Origin: Octopus sinensis
Taxonomy: Eukaryota
Length of the DNA stretch: 64,000 nt
Direction: 5' to 3'
Assembly: GCF_006345805.1 (NCBI RefSeq)
Contig: NC_042999.1
Span: forward strand, 97,712,001 to 97,776,000
Of the stretch, positions 1 to 12,816 are shown piece by piece (the first letter of the stretch is position 1; every line of letters begins with the position of its first letter). The notes beneath the pieces were generated by a model, which did no database searches, was not told the DNA's origin, and was given only the letters and a program-made list of their open reading frames with translations. The translations under genes and the position numbers were made by a program.

Positions 1-154
1 GTGGAAAACTATCGGGGTTGAAACGTTGCCTCCTGTTGGGAAACGAAATGATGACGATGATGATGATATTAACGACAGCAACAATAATCAAATAACAAAA
101 CTTTGGGAATAAGGATTACGTTGATGATGATTACATCACATTCCATCATGATTC

Positions 155-228
155 CTGACACCACCACCACCACCACCACCACCACCACAATCACCACCGC
201 CGCTGCCACTGCTGCTGCTGCTGCTGGT

Positions 229-286
<58 letters not shown>

Positions 287-1285
287 ATAATACCACCACC
301 ACCACCACCACTACTGTTAATATCGTCGTTGCCATATTATCCCTGTCTAAAAAGTAACTAAACTAATCAGTAAACTAATGAGTAGTAACACACCATCACT
401 ACTACCGCCGCCACCACCGCCACCACCACCACACCACTACTGTTAATATCGTCGTTGCCATATTATCCCTGTCTAAAAAGTAACTAAACTAATCAGTAAA
501 CTAATGAGTAGTAACACCACCATCACTACTACCGCCGCCACCACCGCCACCACCACCACCACCACTGTCACCACCACTACCAGAGACACCATACCCACAC
601 CAAGCCCCCTCCACCCCAATATCACCACCACCAATATCTCCACCGCCATCAGTGCACCCCACCATCACTACAGCCATCAGCGCCCCCACCACCATCACTA
701 CCACCACCACCACCACCACCACCACCACCACCACCACTACCATCACCACCAATACCACCACCACCACTACCTCCACCACCACTACCACCACCACCACTAC
801 CACCACCAACACTACCACTACCATCACTACCTCCACCGCCATCACCGCTACTACAACTATCACAGTCACTATCTACCACTACTACAACCATCACAACCAC
901 TTCCACTACAGCCACCACCACTACCCCCGTAACTACCACCACCACCACCACCACCACCACTACCACTACAACAATCACAACCACCACCACAACTACCACC
1001 ACCACAACTACCACTACCACTACAACAATCACAACCACCACCACAACTACCACCACCACCACTACAACCATCACAACCACCACTACAACTACCACTACCA
1101 CCACCACCACCACTACAACCATCACAACCACCACCACAACTACCATCGTCACCATTACCATCACCACAACAACAACAACCATTACAACCACCACCAGCAC
1201 CACCAGCACCATTACCACCGTCACTAGTACCCTTTCCACCGTCGTTGTCGCCACCACCACCACCAACCACCACCACCACCACCGC
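155..1285. repeat. Compound (CAC/TAC/AAC)n trinucleotide low-complexity tract with an internal 126-bp tandem duplication
   Basis: Runs of accacc/actact are visible. The unique segment ctactgttaatatcgtcgttgcc...gagtagtaacacc occurs at 311 and again at 437. Confidence 0.95.
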
Positions 1286-1639
1286 CTCTTCATCTTCCGT
1301 AAAGCTGTAATAGCACCCATCGGTGCCATATTAATGCAGAAGCAAAATAATTATCGGTAACAAGATCTTAACCAAAGAATTTGTACTTAAAATTCCGCCC
1401 TAAGTAGATTCTTCGTTTCTTTTTGTCTTTTATTATATATATATATATATTTTACTGTAGTTTATTCCTCTTTCTTTTTTTCTATTTCTTTCAAAAACAA
1501 AAAAAAAAACAAACAAAAGCTTCATACTATATAATTCTGAAATGATTAAAATCTTTTATTTGTATACATATTCATGTATATATATGCGTGTGTGTATGTA
1601 TGTATGTATGTATGTATTATGTATGTATGTATATGTATG

Positions 1640-1696
<57 letters not shown>

Positions 1697-1715
1697 CATA
1701 CACACATACACACAC

Positions 1716-1789
<74 letters not shown>

Positions 1790-2316
1790 GTATATTTTCA
1801 GGATTAAATAAAAAGCCAACAAACGGAATATTTACATACATAGATACGTACACACATACACACACATACACACACACACAAACACACACACACCACACAC
1901 ACACACACGCATATATATATATATATATATATATTAATATATATATATATACATATATATATACACATACACACATATATATACATATATACATGCACAC
2001 ACACACACACAAACATACACATATGTATATGAACCCGCACACACAAGCACATTAAATGTTATGCATTATGTATATATTATAACATGTATATACGAACTAA
2101 ATTCTATATTCCTTTTGTGTATAAAATAACTGTCATAACTGAGAAGTGTCATAACCCAAGTGGAGGTCATATCTCAAAAGTGTCGTAACTTTGTTTCTCA
2201 CTCACTTTTTCTTCTGATAATCTTCGCCCTTAAACAGGCGCGCGCACGCGCACACACACACACATACACCAGAACTAATGCAATAGCTATCTTAAAAGTT
2301 TAAATATATATATATG

Positions 2317-2857
<541 letters not shown>

Positions 2858-2997
2858 TATATATTAATCTTTAGCAGAAGCAAAAGAGTGAGGTAAGGGC
2901 CAAGAGTTTGAGTTTGGTTCTTTCAGCATTTATCAAAACTCTTGAAAAATGCAACCATGTTGCTTCTGCTAAAGATTAATAATAATAATAATAAATA

Positions 2998-3032
<35 letters not shown>

Positions 3033-3052
3033 TAATAATAATAATAATAATA

Positions 3053-3087
<35 letters not shown>

Positions 3088-3641
3088 GCCCTGATGCAGT
3101 ACCAGGCAGTGGCTCTCATGGCTTCTGATCTTAACTGATTGGAAGTGTTATCATGTACATTGTTTTGTCTTGGTATAAAAGATGGGCTACAGCAAATATT
3201 CTGCTCAATACCACAGATTTGCTTGTCAGTTGTTTGACCTTAACCAGTTGAGCATGTCACTTAGTGGCTGACGATATGTGCATCTCTGATCACGAGCAGA
3301 AGTAGTGGGGGAGCATCATAGCCATGTGTTGAGAGGGATTCTTTGGGGTTTGAATAATTCACCTCTGGAAACATGGGTGGTTCTTTCAACATCCTTAAAC
3401 AACCCTTATTCAGGGACCTTTTGAGCGGGATGGGCTACTCAACCTGAAGAAAATTCTAACTGGGCCCCACCTGCAAGGTCATGTGCTGTTTATCTTGATA
3501 TGAGATCACCATGTCGCGCACATATGGGTGTGATGCATGTGCCTGGTGTACCCTTATCAGACGGGTAGTCATGATGGGTATATTGGGCTTCGTATATTTT
3601 ACCCCAGTGTCACTTTGATGGCATGCACTGCTCTCTCACTC
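3088..3641 (+). mobile_element. ~550-bp non-coding interspersed element (family C) inserted in (AAT)n
   Basis: Near-identical reverse copies at 45252-45734 and 53908-54415. All copies abut (AAT)/(ATT) repeats and have no long ORF. Confidence 0.88.
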
Positions 3642-3656
3642 AATAATAATAATAAC

Positions 3657-5808
3657 ATATACATTCATATGTTATGCATTCATGGAGAAGAACGATATTT
3701 TCCCCATTGAACAAAAAGGGTGCCGCCGAGGCTCATACGGATGCAAAGATCAACTGCTAATTAATCGTATGATCCTTGAGAACTGTCACAACAAGCGCAG
3801 AAATCTCAGCTCCGCATGGATTGACTATAAAAAGGCCTTCGACAGTATACCGCATTCATGGATCTTGAAATCGCTGGACATCTTCAAAATTTCCCCTGTG
3901 ATTTCAAGCTTCCTGAAGCATAAGTCGTTGTGGAATACGAATCTCCAATTATACCACTCTAATGGAGTACTTGCCTCAGATAATATAAACATCAACTGTG
4001 GCATTTTTCAAGGTGACTCACTTTCACCTCTAATATTCTGCATAGCCCTAATACCCCTTACAAGTGAATTAAACAGAACAGTGTATGGGTATAAAATTGT
4101 CAATAAAAAATAAGCCATCTATTTTATATGGATGACTTAAAACTCTATGGTAAAGACGATAATGAACTTGAAGGCCTATTGCGCACTGTGAAAGCATTCA
4201 GTGATGACATCGGAATGGAGTTTGGGCTTGAGAAGTGTGCCAAGGCCACATTCCAGAAAGGGAAAGTGAAGACCACAAATTCAGTCGTGTTAGATGTTGA
4301 CACAGTCATAAGAGAGCTTGAGCAAGAACAAACCTACAAATATTTAGGGATAAATGAAGGCTCTGGTATTCAGCATGCAAGCATGAAAGAGAGGATCAGG
4401 AAGGAATGTTATAGGAGAGTTCGAGCAGTCCTGAAATCTGAACTAAATTCACGTAACAAGGTGTTAACTATAAATTCCTTAGCAGTTGTTACTTATAGCT
4501 ACAATGTGTTGAACTGGAATATGAGTGAAGTAAAGAAAATAGATAGGAAAATACGCAAGCTGCTGAGTTGTAATAGGATGCACCACCTAAAGGAGGTTGA
4601 GGCCTGATCTAATTTGAACTAGCTTACAAAACAACCACAATTGGACTGGCCAAATATCTTGAAATAACGAATGACTGGATGCTAAAGCTTGTGGAAAATC
4701 ACGAGAGACGAAAGAAGCTTCATTCTATCATAAAGGAAAGCAAAAAATTTGCTATTGATCTCGTGCAGGATACCCAAACTGAACAACCCGAGGGGAGTAC
4801 GGCAACTATTGTTGCAAAGAAGGTGGAAATAATGGCAACGAAAAAAGCGCACGAGCAATTGGCTGATAGGTGGGAGGAGAAACCTCTGCACGGCAAATAT
4901 GTGGCCCGTAGCAAACAAGCTGATGTTGACCAGAAGCAAACCCATCAGTGGCTACGGAGCTCAGGGCTAAAAGCAGAGAGCAAAGGTTTCATCCTGGCTG
5001 CTCAAGATCAAAGCCTATTAACCCGGAACTACCAGGCCAATGTGATGAAAAATGGAGCAGACCCAAAATGCCGATTCTGCAACGACATGATTGAAACAGT
5101 GGACCACCTAATCTCTGGATGTAAAGTTTTAGCACCAGTGGAGTATAAATTAAGACATGACAGAGTTGGCCAATATCTACACTGGCTAATAAGTCGGCAT
5201 TACAATATCAAAACTGCCGACAAGTGGTATAATCACCACCCTGAAGCTGTAACTGAAGGAGAAAATGTAACGATTCTGTGGGACTTTCCAGTACATACAG
5301 ACCGAACCATCAAAGCCAATAAACCGGATATTGTTGTGAAAGACCAAAACAATAACGTTTGCTTATTGATCGACATGTGATCATAATATCTCGGCGAAAG
5401 AATTTGACAAGCTCAGAAAATATAAAGACCTGCTCATTGAAATTGAGAAAATGTGGCATCTCAAGGCGGTTACAATACCAGTGATCTGATCGTAGGAGCA
5501 CTAGGAATGATCAAGAAAGGAACCGAAAATTATATGAGATTGATCCCTGGCTTACCATTTCTGCAAGAAGTGCAAAAGATTGTCTTAACTGGTGCATCAC
5601 ACGTATTGAGAAGAGCATTGTCGATGTGAGAACTATTACTACCCATGTATTTTAATTTAACTTTATTTCTATCAAGAAAAAAAAAATGAGCGAACTAGTG
5701 AGTTTAGTTTAATGGCCTACCAATGTATACTATGAGTTTCTTTGCCCTAGGAGTCGGGAAGACACTCGGCAAGAAATGGAAGCAAATTTGAAAGAAGAAA
5801 AACCCATA
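3657..5808 (+). mobile_element. 5'-truncated R4/Dong-clade non-LTR retrotransposon (RT + CCHC + RLE endonuclease), frameshifted
   Basis: ORF pieces 3682-4113 (WIDYKKAFDS, GIFQGDSLSP), 4128-4607 (YMDDLKLY) and 4679-5380 (CRFC..ETVDHLISGC, RHD, KPDIVV..IDM). Flanked by (AAT)n, the known Dong target. Confidence 0.92.
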
Positions 5809-5827
5809 AATAATAATAATAATAATG

Positions 5828-5878
<51 letters not shown>

Positions 5879-8800
5879 TAATAATAATAATAATATACAT
5901 ATTAAAGCACGATTTATTCGTGATCAGAGATTTTCGAAAACCGAGGTACTACTGTATATACATATATATATATATATATATACATACACACACATGAGTG
6001 CGCGCGAGATGACTTGCCTTATTTTCATTAATTTGTGAATATACTATTGTATTGCATAATGCTGAGGAAACATATTGATGCAAATATGTACGAATAATTT
6101 TTGAATAATAAAATTGATATTACAAGATAAAAGTTACGAAACGGCTGTAATCATATGGTGGTCATATGGAAAAATGAATTTATCTTTACCTCTCACATTT
6201 CCTGACTTTATACTTTGCATACTCCATGCTGAGAAATTTAACGCTCATATTTTCTGGATTTTCAGTTACATTATGTAACATTGCATTGTAATTGACTACT
6301 ACGTGGACTGATAGCCGTCTCCGAATGAGGGGCTTACTGTGATAACCGCATAATTCTCTGAATTCATATTTGATACTCTTATATTTAGTGATCTAAAAGT
6401 TTGGGCTTCCTTTCATCAAACTGTTGAACGCAAGCAAACCGAAACTCGGAAACTATTGTCAACCTTTTCTATGTAAAAGTTAATACACACACACACATAC
6501 ACACACACATACGCACACACACACATGTATGAACACACATACACATACATGTGTGTGTGTGTGTGTATGTGTATTCATTTGCTTTTTGTGAACAATGGCA
6601 TTGACGTTGGATATCATGTTTTAATGAGATAATCACTAATCCCCTGTTCACTGATTTCTGATGGCAAAGGCAACGAAGTGAGTATTTGTGAAACACGGGT
6701 GGAATAAATATCACAATGTATGTTTGGCCCATGCACCGGTTAATCAACAATTTCCTCGCCTATGAGTGCGTCTTTCGCAGACACACTTACACACAGACAG
6801 ACACACACTCACACTCACTCAAGCACACTCACATGCGTACACACATACAGATAGTTTTCGATCAGATCATCGTAATAATCCTGTATAAGGAACGACTCAA
6901 TGATGCAGTCAGAGCAAGGATACTTGGTGCTTATTGTCACATATCAGAGCAAGATGTTATGATTCCCTTTCCCTCATCATCACATACATGATGTATGCAA
7001 ATCTTCTGAGGTTACTCCAGCTGTAAAAGGAAAGAAACCAATTATGACGGTGTTCTTTTCATTACCTTAAAACTGTGTATTCCTAAGCTAGTTCTTCTCC
7101 CATTTTCTTTTAGGACGACGAATCTCATTCTATAGAAAAGCGTAAGAGTATCCAATATTATTAAAAAGAGCAATCTCTTGTTTATTGTTGCTGTTACAGT
7201 TGTTATTGCAGCAGCCGCAGCAGCAGCAGCAGCAGTAGCCACAGCAGCCGTTCAAAAATTTGGACCTGGAGATCTCCATTTCCAGCGACTTCGAGGGCCA
7301 CCTAATCACTCTTACCCGTCTTGTTGCTTAACACCAACAACAACAACAACAACAACACCACCACCACCACCAACAACAACAACAGCAGTAGCAGCAACAA
7401 CAACAACACAACAGCAGCAGCAACAACAACAACAACAACAACAGCAGCAGCAGCAGCAACAACAACAACAGCAGCAGCAGCAGCAAAATATATTTTGTGA
7501 ACCTCACGGTTGTTGATTAAGATTCTTGACTCTCAGACTTACTGCGTTTAATCAGCTAGTGTATCTTATATGGTACCTAGTTGGGGTCATCACTATTAAA
7601 CTGATTTTTAAAACGAGGCGAAGAGTTAGGGGCTTGCTTCGCCTTTGCCACTGTTCGCCTGCTACAGTAGTACTTCCAGAAACCACCCATACTACCATAA
7701 CCATTTTCCTTAAGCTACACCAGCACATTATCTCTGCCAGGCCACGTATCTCCTTAAAGACTACTGTAATTAATACCACTACTGCGTTTAGTTATTTCTT
7801 CTAAGTGGCCTGACAATGTCCTTTTAATTTGTTACGTCTGCAACATCATTCAGTTCCTTTCCTAAGGATGTAAATTAACTTAAGAAATAATTTCTTCAAA
7901 TCATTTCCCCTTTCCTCTGAAAGTTACAAATAATTGTCGCTAGGTTTCTGCTGTTCTTCGGTTGAAATGGGTAACATTCTGCATATTAATTATTTACTGT
8001 ACGCGACATTCCGTACATCATTTTCTGACTTAAAGCTATACTCTGCAAACTGTTGAATCACTCATCCATTATACAGAGCTCTTACAGCTTCTGACAGCAA
8101 ATCGCACGCATGTATTTACTTCAGGAATGATTTATTCGTGTTACCGGCGGAGCCCCAACCTTCTTATAGGTCCTGAATTGAAGGCTGCTAATCAGTTGTA
8201 TGCTTCTATTTTGGGTGCCCTGCCTACATTGCTTGTATTTGTAGCAACTCTTTCTCCCCCCTCTCTCTCTCCCCCTCTCCCATCTCCCCTCCCTTCCCCT
8301 CCCCCTTCTCTCTCACACACATACATATTAGAATTATGCAATAGAAGCAGCTCTAGAGAAAAAAAGCTTTATCTATATAACATACATAATGTATGTGTAA
8401 TGTTCAAAAGCCAGAAGCTGCCATATTTTATATATTTCAAACTGACCTACTCGGCCTCGTTTCGGAAGTGACATGAGTACGTGACACTGACAAGCCGCAA
8501 AAACAGCGAAATACGCATCTGTCGTTCTCGCAGTCACTTCGTTTCGCCCAGTTCTGAAGTATATTGTGTTTTTTTTTTTTAAATACAATACGTGTATAAA
8601 GAGATTTTTCTGAACTAAAATTGCAGCGCCTGCTTTTTCAATGAAGCACATATATTAAGTACGTTATACATATAGGAATGTTTTGACTGAGGAAGGTACA
8701 CTATAAGAAATTTTTCTTACATAATTACTCGAAACATATGTATTAAACGCATTCAAAATATCAGCATTTAGTTTTATATTGATTACATATTATACGACTT

Positions 8801-9289
8801 GACGCCATTACAATCCAGTCTGTCCTTGTTTCGCTTACACGGTTAATGTAACAAGGATTTAGGAGTGGAATGTATTACTGGGCTTGAGTCAAAAATGTTT
8901 GGTAGAGTGTATGGCATCAAAGCATAACTGTGCGTGTGGGTGTGTTTGGTGTGTTGTGAGTTTCTAATCCAGTGATCGATATTGCGACGCGTTTTGGGAG
9001 AAAGATAGTCGAAATAACTCTTCCAATCCTTGTGTGCCTAGAAGATATTCTAATTAAGATATGGTTTAATAACATGTGTCGTAGTGCAATGCGGTGTTCC
9101 AGTGTTCTGCAAACCTTTTGTTATCATGCCTTCCCCACACCTTCTCTTCTACAATATCTTACTTCTAATATTACAGTCCTCTTCCTCAAAATGAACTCGT
9201 GCAGTAATAGTTCATAAGAGTTTTAAATACATACCCACCTATTCCTCCCCAAAAGATCTAATATATTCCAGTGGCGTCAAAGCATTCCC

Positions 9290-10320
9290 GGTTATGAAAG
9301 GGGGTAGGGAGGGAGTGCGAAAGGAAAAGAGTATGAGAGGGAGAGAGTGTAAAAGGGAAAAGGCGAGAAGTATAGGGAGAAGTATAGAGAGAAGAGAGTA
9401 AGTGCAGTAAGAGAGAAGAATGGAGAATGTAGAAGTGTTAAAAGAGAGAAGGGAAGAGATGAAGGGAGAGGTTTAAGGATGGGAAGATAAAAGAAAGGGT
9501 ATAGGGTTAGAGAGAGAGAAGGGGAGAATTTTTAGAGAGGTATTTATAGGAAAGAGAAGGTATATAGAGATGTTGAAGAATAAAGGGAAAAGAGAGAGAG
9601 GGAGAGGGCAGGAGAGAGAGAAGGGAGAGAAAGAGAAAATAAGAGAGAAAAGAAGAAAGAGAGAGGGAGAGAGAGCAGGAGAGAGAGCGCGGGAGAGAGA
9701 GGAAGGGAGAGAAAGAAGAAAGAAACAAAGAGAGAGAGAAAGGAAGAAAGAGAGGGGAAAAGCGGGAGATAGAGGAGGGGAGAGAAAGAGAAAGGAAGGA
9801 AGCGAGAGAGAGCGGGAGACAGAGGAAAGGAGAGAAAGAAAGAGAGAAAGGAAGAAAGAGAGTGGGAAAAGCGGGAGATAGAGAGAAGAGAAAGAGAAAT
9901 GAAGAAAAAGGGAGAGAGAGCGGGAAAGAGAGGAGGGGAGAGAAAGAGAAAGGAAAAAAGAAAGAGAGAGGAAGAGAGCGCGCGGGAGAGAGAGGAGGGG
10001 AGAGAAAGAGAAAGGAAGAAAGAAAGAGAAAGGAAGAAAGTGAGAGAGGGAGAGAGAGTGTGGGAGAGAGGAGGGAGAGAAAGAGAAAGGAAGAAAGCAA
10101 GAAAGAAAGGAAGAAAGAGAGAGAGAGGGAGAGCGAGCAGGAGAGAGAGAGAGAGAGAAAGAGAAAGGAGGAAAGAGAGAGGGAGAGAGAGAGAGAAAGA
10201 AAGGAGATAGATAAATAGAAAGAGATATATATATATATATATAAGAGAGAGAGAGAGGGGGAGAGAGAACGACTGAGAGTGAAGAGAAGGACAAGAGTTC
10301 GGGAGAGTGAAAAAGATGAA
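9290..10320. repeat. ~1-kb polypurine (GA-rich) tract with degenerate internal repeats
   Basis: Almost only A/G on the + strand, with a recurring gcgggagagagaggagggagagaaagagaaaggaagaaag-like unit. Confidence 0.95.
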
Positions 10321-10685
10321 GTGCTGTAAATGAGCAAGCAGTTCAAGTAGTGTTTGTGCCGGTGACAATGGATGAAGCCCCTTACAACAGCAATCAGTTA
10401 ATAATTGGTCCTCAACTGTAATGTTAGACCAACTTACGAAGGCGCTCAAGCGACTCGAACAGGCAGCTGCTTTAGAGAAGTAGAGGGACGGTAGAACATC
10501 AATGACATCAGCTACAATCAGTAGCAACAACAACAACAATCATCAACAGCAACAACAACAACAACGACAGGGACTGAAACAAGCAATGATGATAACATCA
10601 ACAACAATAACAACTACTACAAGCAACAAAAACAAATGAAATACAATGACAATAACAGCAGCGACAACATCGGTATAATGATATT

Positions 10686-11065
10686 CTTTTCTACTCTAGG
10701 TACAAGGCCCGAAATTTTTAGGGAGGGGGCCAGTCTATTAGATCGACCCTGGTACGCAACTGGTACTTAATTTATCGAACCCGAAAGGATGAAAGGCAAA
10801 GTCGACCTCGGCGGAATTTGAACTCAGAACGTAGCGGCAGACGAAATACCTATTGCTTTACTACTCACAAGGGGCTAAACACAGAGAGGACAAACAAGGA
10901 CAGACGAACGGATTAAGTCGATTACATCGACACCAGTACACAACTGGTACTTAATTTATCGACCACGGAAGGATGAAAGGCAAAGTCGACCTCAGAATGT
11001 AAAGACAGACGAAATACCGCTAAGCATTTCGCCCAGCGTGCAAACGTTTCTGCCAGCTCGCCGCC
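10686..11065 (-). mobile_element. tRNA-derived SINE family B with internal duplication
   Basis: Reverse complement starts ggcggcgagctggcagaaacg. The block gtcgactttgcctttcatcc...gtcgataaattaagtaccagtt occurs twice. Imperfect TSD acatcggta..gata on both sides. Confidence 0.88.
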
Positions 11066-11133
11066 TTACATCGGTAACGATACTGACACCGCTAACATGT
11101 TTAGCCATTCTGAAGATGACGGTGCATCTACAT

Positions 11134-11336
11134 CAGGTATGGGCAACCTTCCTCCAGGAACGGGCCGCATCAGATGGGCCACACTTCTAATTTATAGATT
11201 CAAAGTAAATTTTTTTACTTTCTAAAGCAGCTGCCTGTTCGTGTCACTTGACCGCCTTCATAAGTTGGTCTAACATTACAATTGTTAACTGATTGCTGTT
11301 CAGAAAGTCCCGCGGGCCACAGTTTGCATGTGACTG
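11134..11336. mobile_element. Degenerate hAT-type MITE
   Basis: Ends caggtatgggcaac ... gcgggccacagtttgcatgtgactg resemble Charlie/MER58-type hAT termini. Flanks atctacat/cttcacat are a possible decayed 8-bp TSD. Confidence 0.55.
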
Positions 11337-11672
11337 CTTCACATAATGTTGGAACTCTTAGAAAAAGCCACCAAAATTTCCTCAAATCATATCTTGCCTT
11401 CTTATAAAAAAAACAAAACTCGTTGGAGAATGTTCCGATTTTACTGATCAAGAGATAAAAAGCGGGACGATCACGGCCAGAAAGCTTTTGACCACAGGTC
11501 CGCTCGCTTAGGGTTAATTTGAGTCTCAACAACAATAACAACAACTCCTCTAGCAGCACCACTACCATCAGCGCTACCACCACTACTACCAAGACCATCA
11601 CCTCTATTATCGCTATGACCACTACTACTATAATCATCACCTCCACCACTAGCAGCAGTAGCAGTAATATTG

Positions 11673-11894
11673 ATTTCAAATTTTGCCACAAGGCCAGTAG
11701 TTTTGGGAGAAAGGGGGGTAAGTCGATTACATCGACCCCAGTGATCAACTGGTACTTATTTTATCGATCCCGAAGCAATGAAAAGCAACGTCGCCCCCCC
11801 CCCACGGCGGTATTTAAACTCAGAACATCAAGACGGACGAAGTGCCGCTAAGCATTTTTGGCCTGCATACTAACGATATTTTCAGCTCGCCGCC
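11673..11894 (-). mobile_element. SINE family B
   Basis: Family B homology on the - strand. TSD cagYagcagtaatattg at 11656-11672 and 11898-11914. Confidence 0.85.
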
Positions 11895-11927
11895 TTACAG
11901 CAGCAGTAATATTGCCACTACCGCAAA

Positions 11928-12108
11928 GGCGGCGAGCTGGCAGAAACGTTAGCTGTCTTTACGTTCTGATTTCAAATTCTGCTGAGGTCGACTTTGCCTT
12001 TCATCCTTTCGGGGTCGATAAATTAAGAACCAGTTGCGTACTGGGGTCGATCTAAAAGACTGGCCCCCCCCTCCCAAAATTTCGGGCCTTGTGCCTAGAG
12101 TAGAAAAA
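11928..12108 (+). mobile_element. SINE family B (internally deleted head)
   Basis: ggcggcgagctggcagaaacgttag...gtgcctagagtagaaaa. TSD aatattgccactaccg at 11908-11923 and 12109-12124. Confidence 0.9.
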
Positions 12109-12138
12109 AATATTGCCACTACCGTAACAACAACAATG

Positions 12139-12191
<53 letters not shown>

Positions 12192-12292
12192 CAAAGACAA
12201 TAAAAGAAACAACGGCATGACGCGAGAGCTTCTACGTAGTCTTTCGATCAACTACAAATGGCAGTCAAATCATTCTCTAATGAAACCCTATA

Positions 12293-12676
12293 TCTCTCTC
12301 TATATAAACGGCAGTTTGTCTGTGCGTTTTCTGTGTGTCTGTTTTCTCGTACCCTCACTCTGACCACGGCTTTCAACCGATTCTGATGAAACTTGACACA
12401 CACATACCCCAATGTCATAATTCAAAACTAACGCAGCGAAAATTTTGAAAAGTTCCCCCAGTTCTGAAAAAAAACGATAAATTCGACATGGGGTCGAGAA
12501 TCAGAAACCCAAACCACAGACCGTCTAGGGGACGCAACTCCACCTTTTTTAACTCTCAAAAAAAATTTACCATCATTTTTTTTCCATTTTTTTGCTATTT
12601 TTTGGCTATAACTCTCTAAAAATGCTTTATAGTTATTTCCCTTACAAACCTGAGCAACGCCGGGCGATACTGCTAG
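12293..12676 (+). mobile_element. Non-autonomous Helitron
   Basis: 5' TC start (a|tctctctctatataaac), subterminal GC-rich hairpin cctgagcaacgccggg, and 3' CTAG followed by T. Inserted between A and T with no TSD. Confidence 0.8.
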
Positions 12677-12816
12677 TGTATATATAAATTGCCTTAAATA
12701 ATGGATAATGCAGTTATAATTTCTCCAAAAGTACGGAATGATCATGCTTAGTGAAAACGCGTGTGTGGCGAGAGGTCGTTCAAGGCCCACAACAAGCTGG
12801 TGATAGGTTCTGCTCA

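Noticed and set aside
69-2055. Long poly-Thr/His/Val/Gly and YI/CV ORFs, and similar ORFs throughout the window
   Set aside because: They are translations of tri- and dinucleotide microsatellites that lack stops in several frames on both strands. There is no coding signature.
7620-8200. Possible decayed coding sequence (Helitron helicase-like?)
   Set aside because: No motif could be recovered convincingly by eye. A BLASTx would be needed.
9473-10346. 270-330 aa Leu/Ser/Phe-rich 'membrane protein' ORFs
   Set aside because: Open in all three minus frames because the tract is pure pyrimidine.
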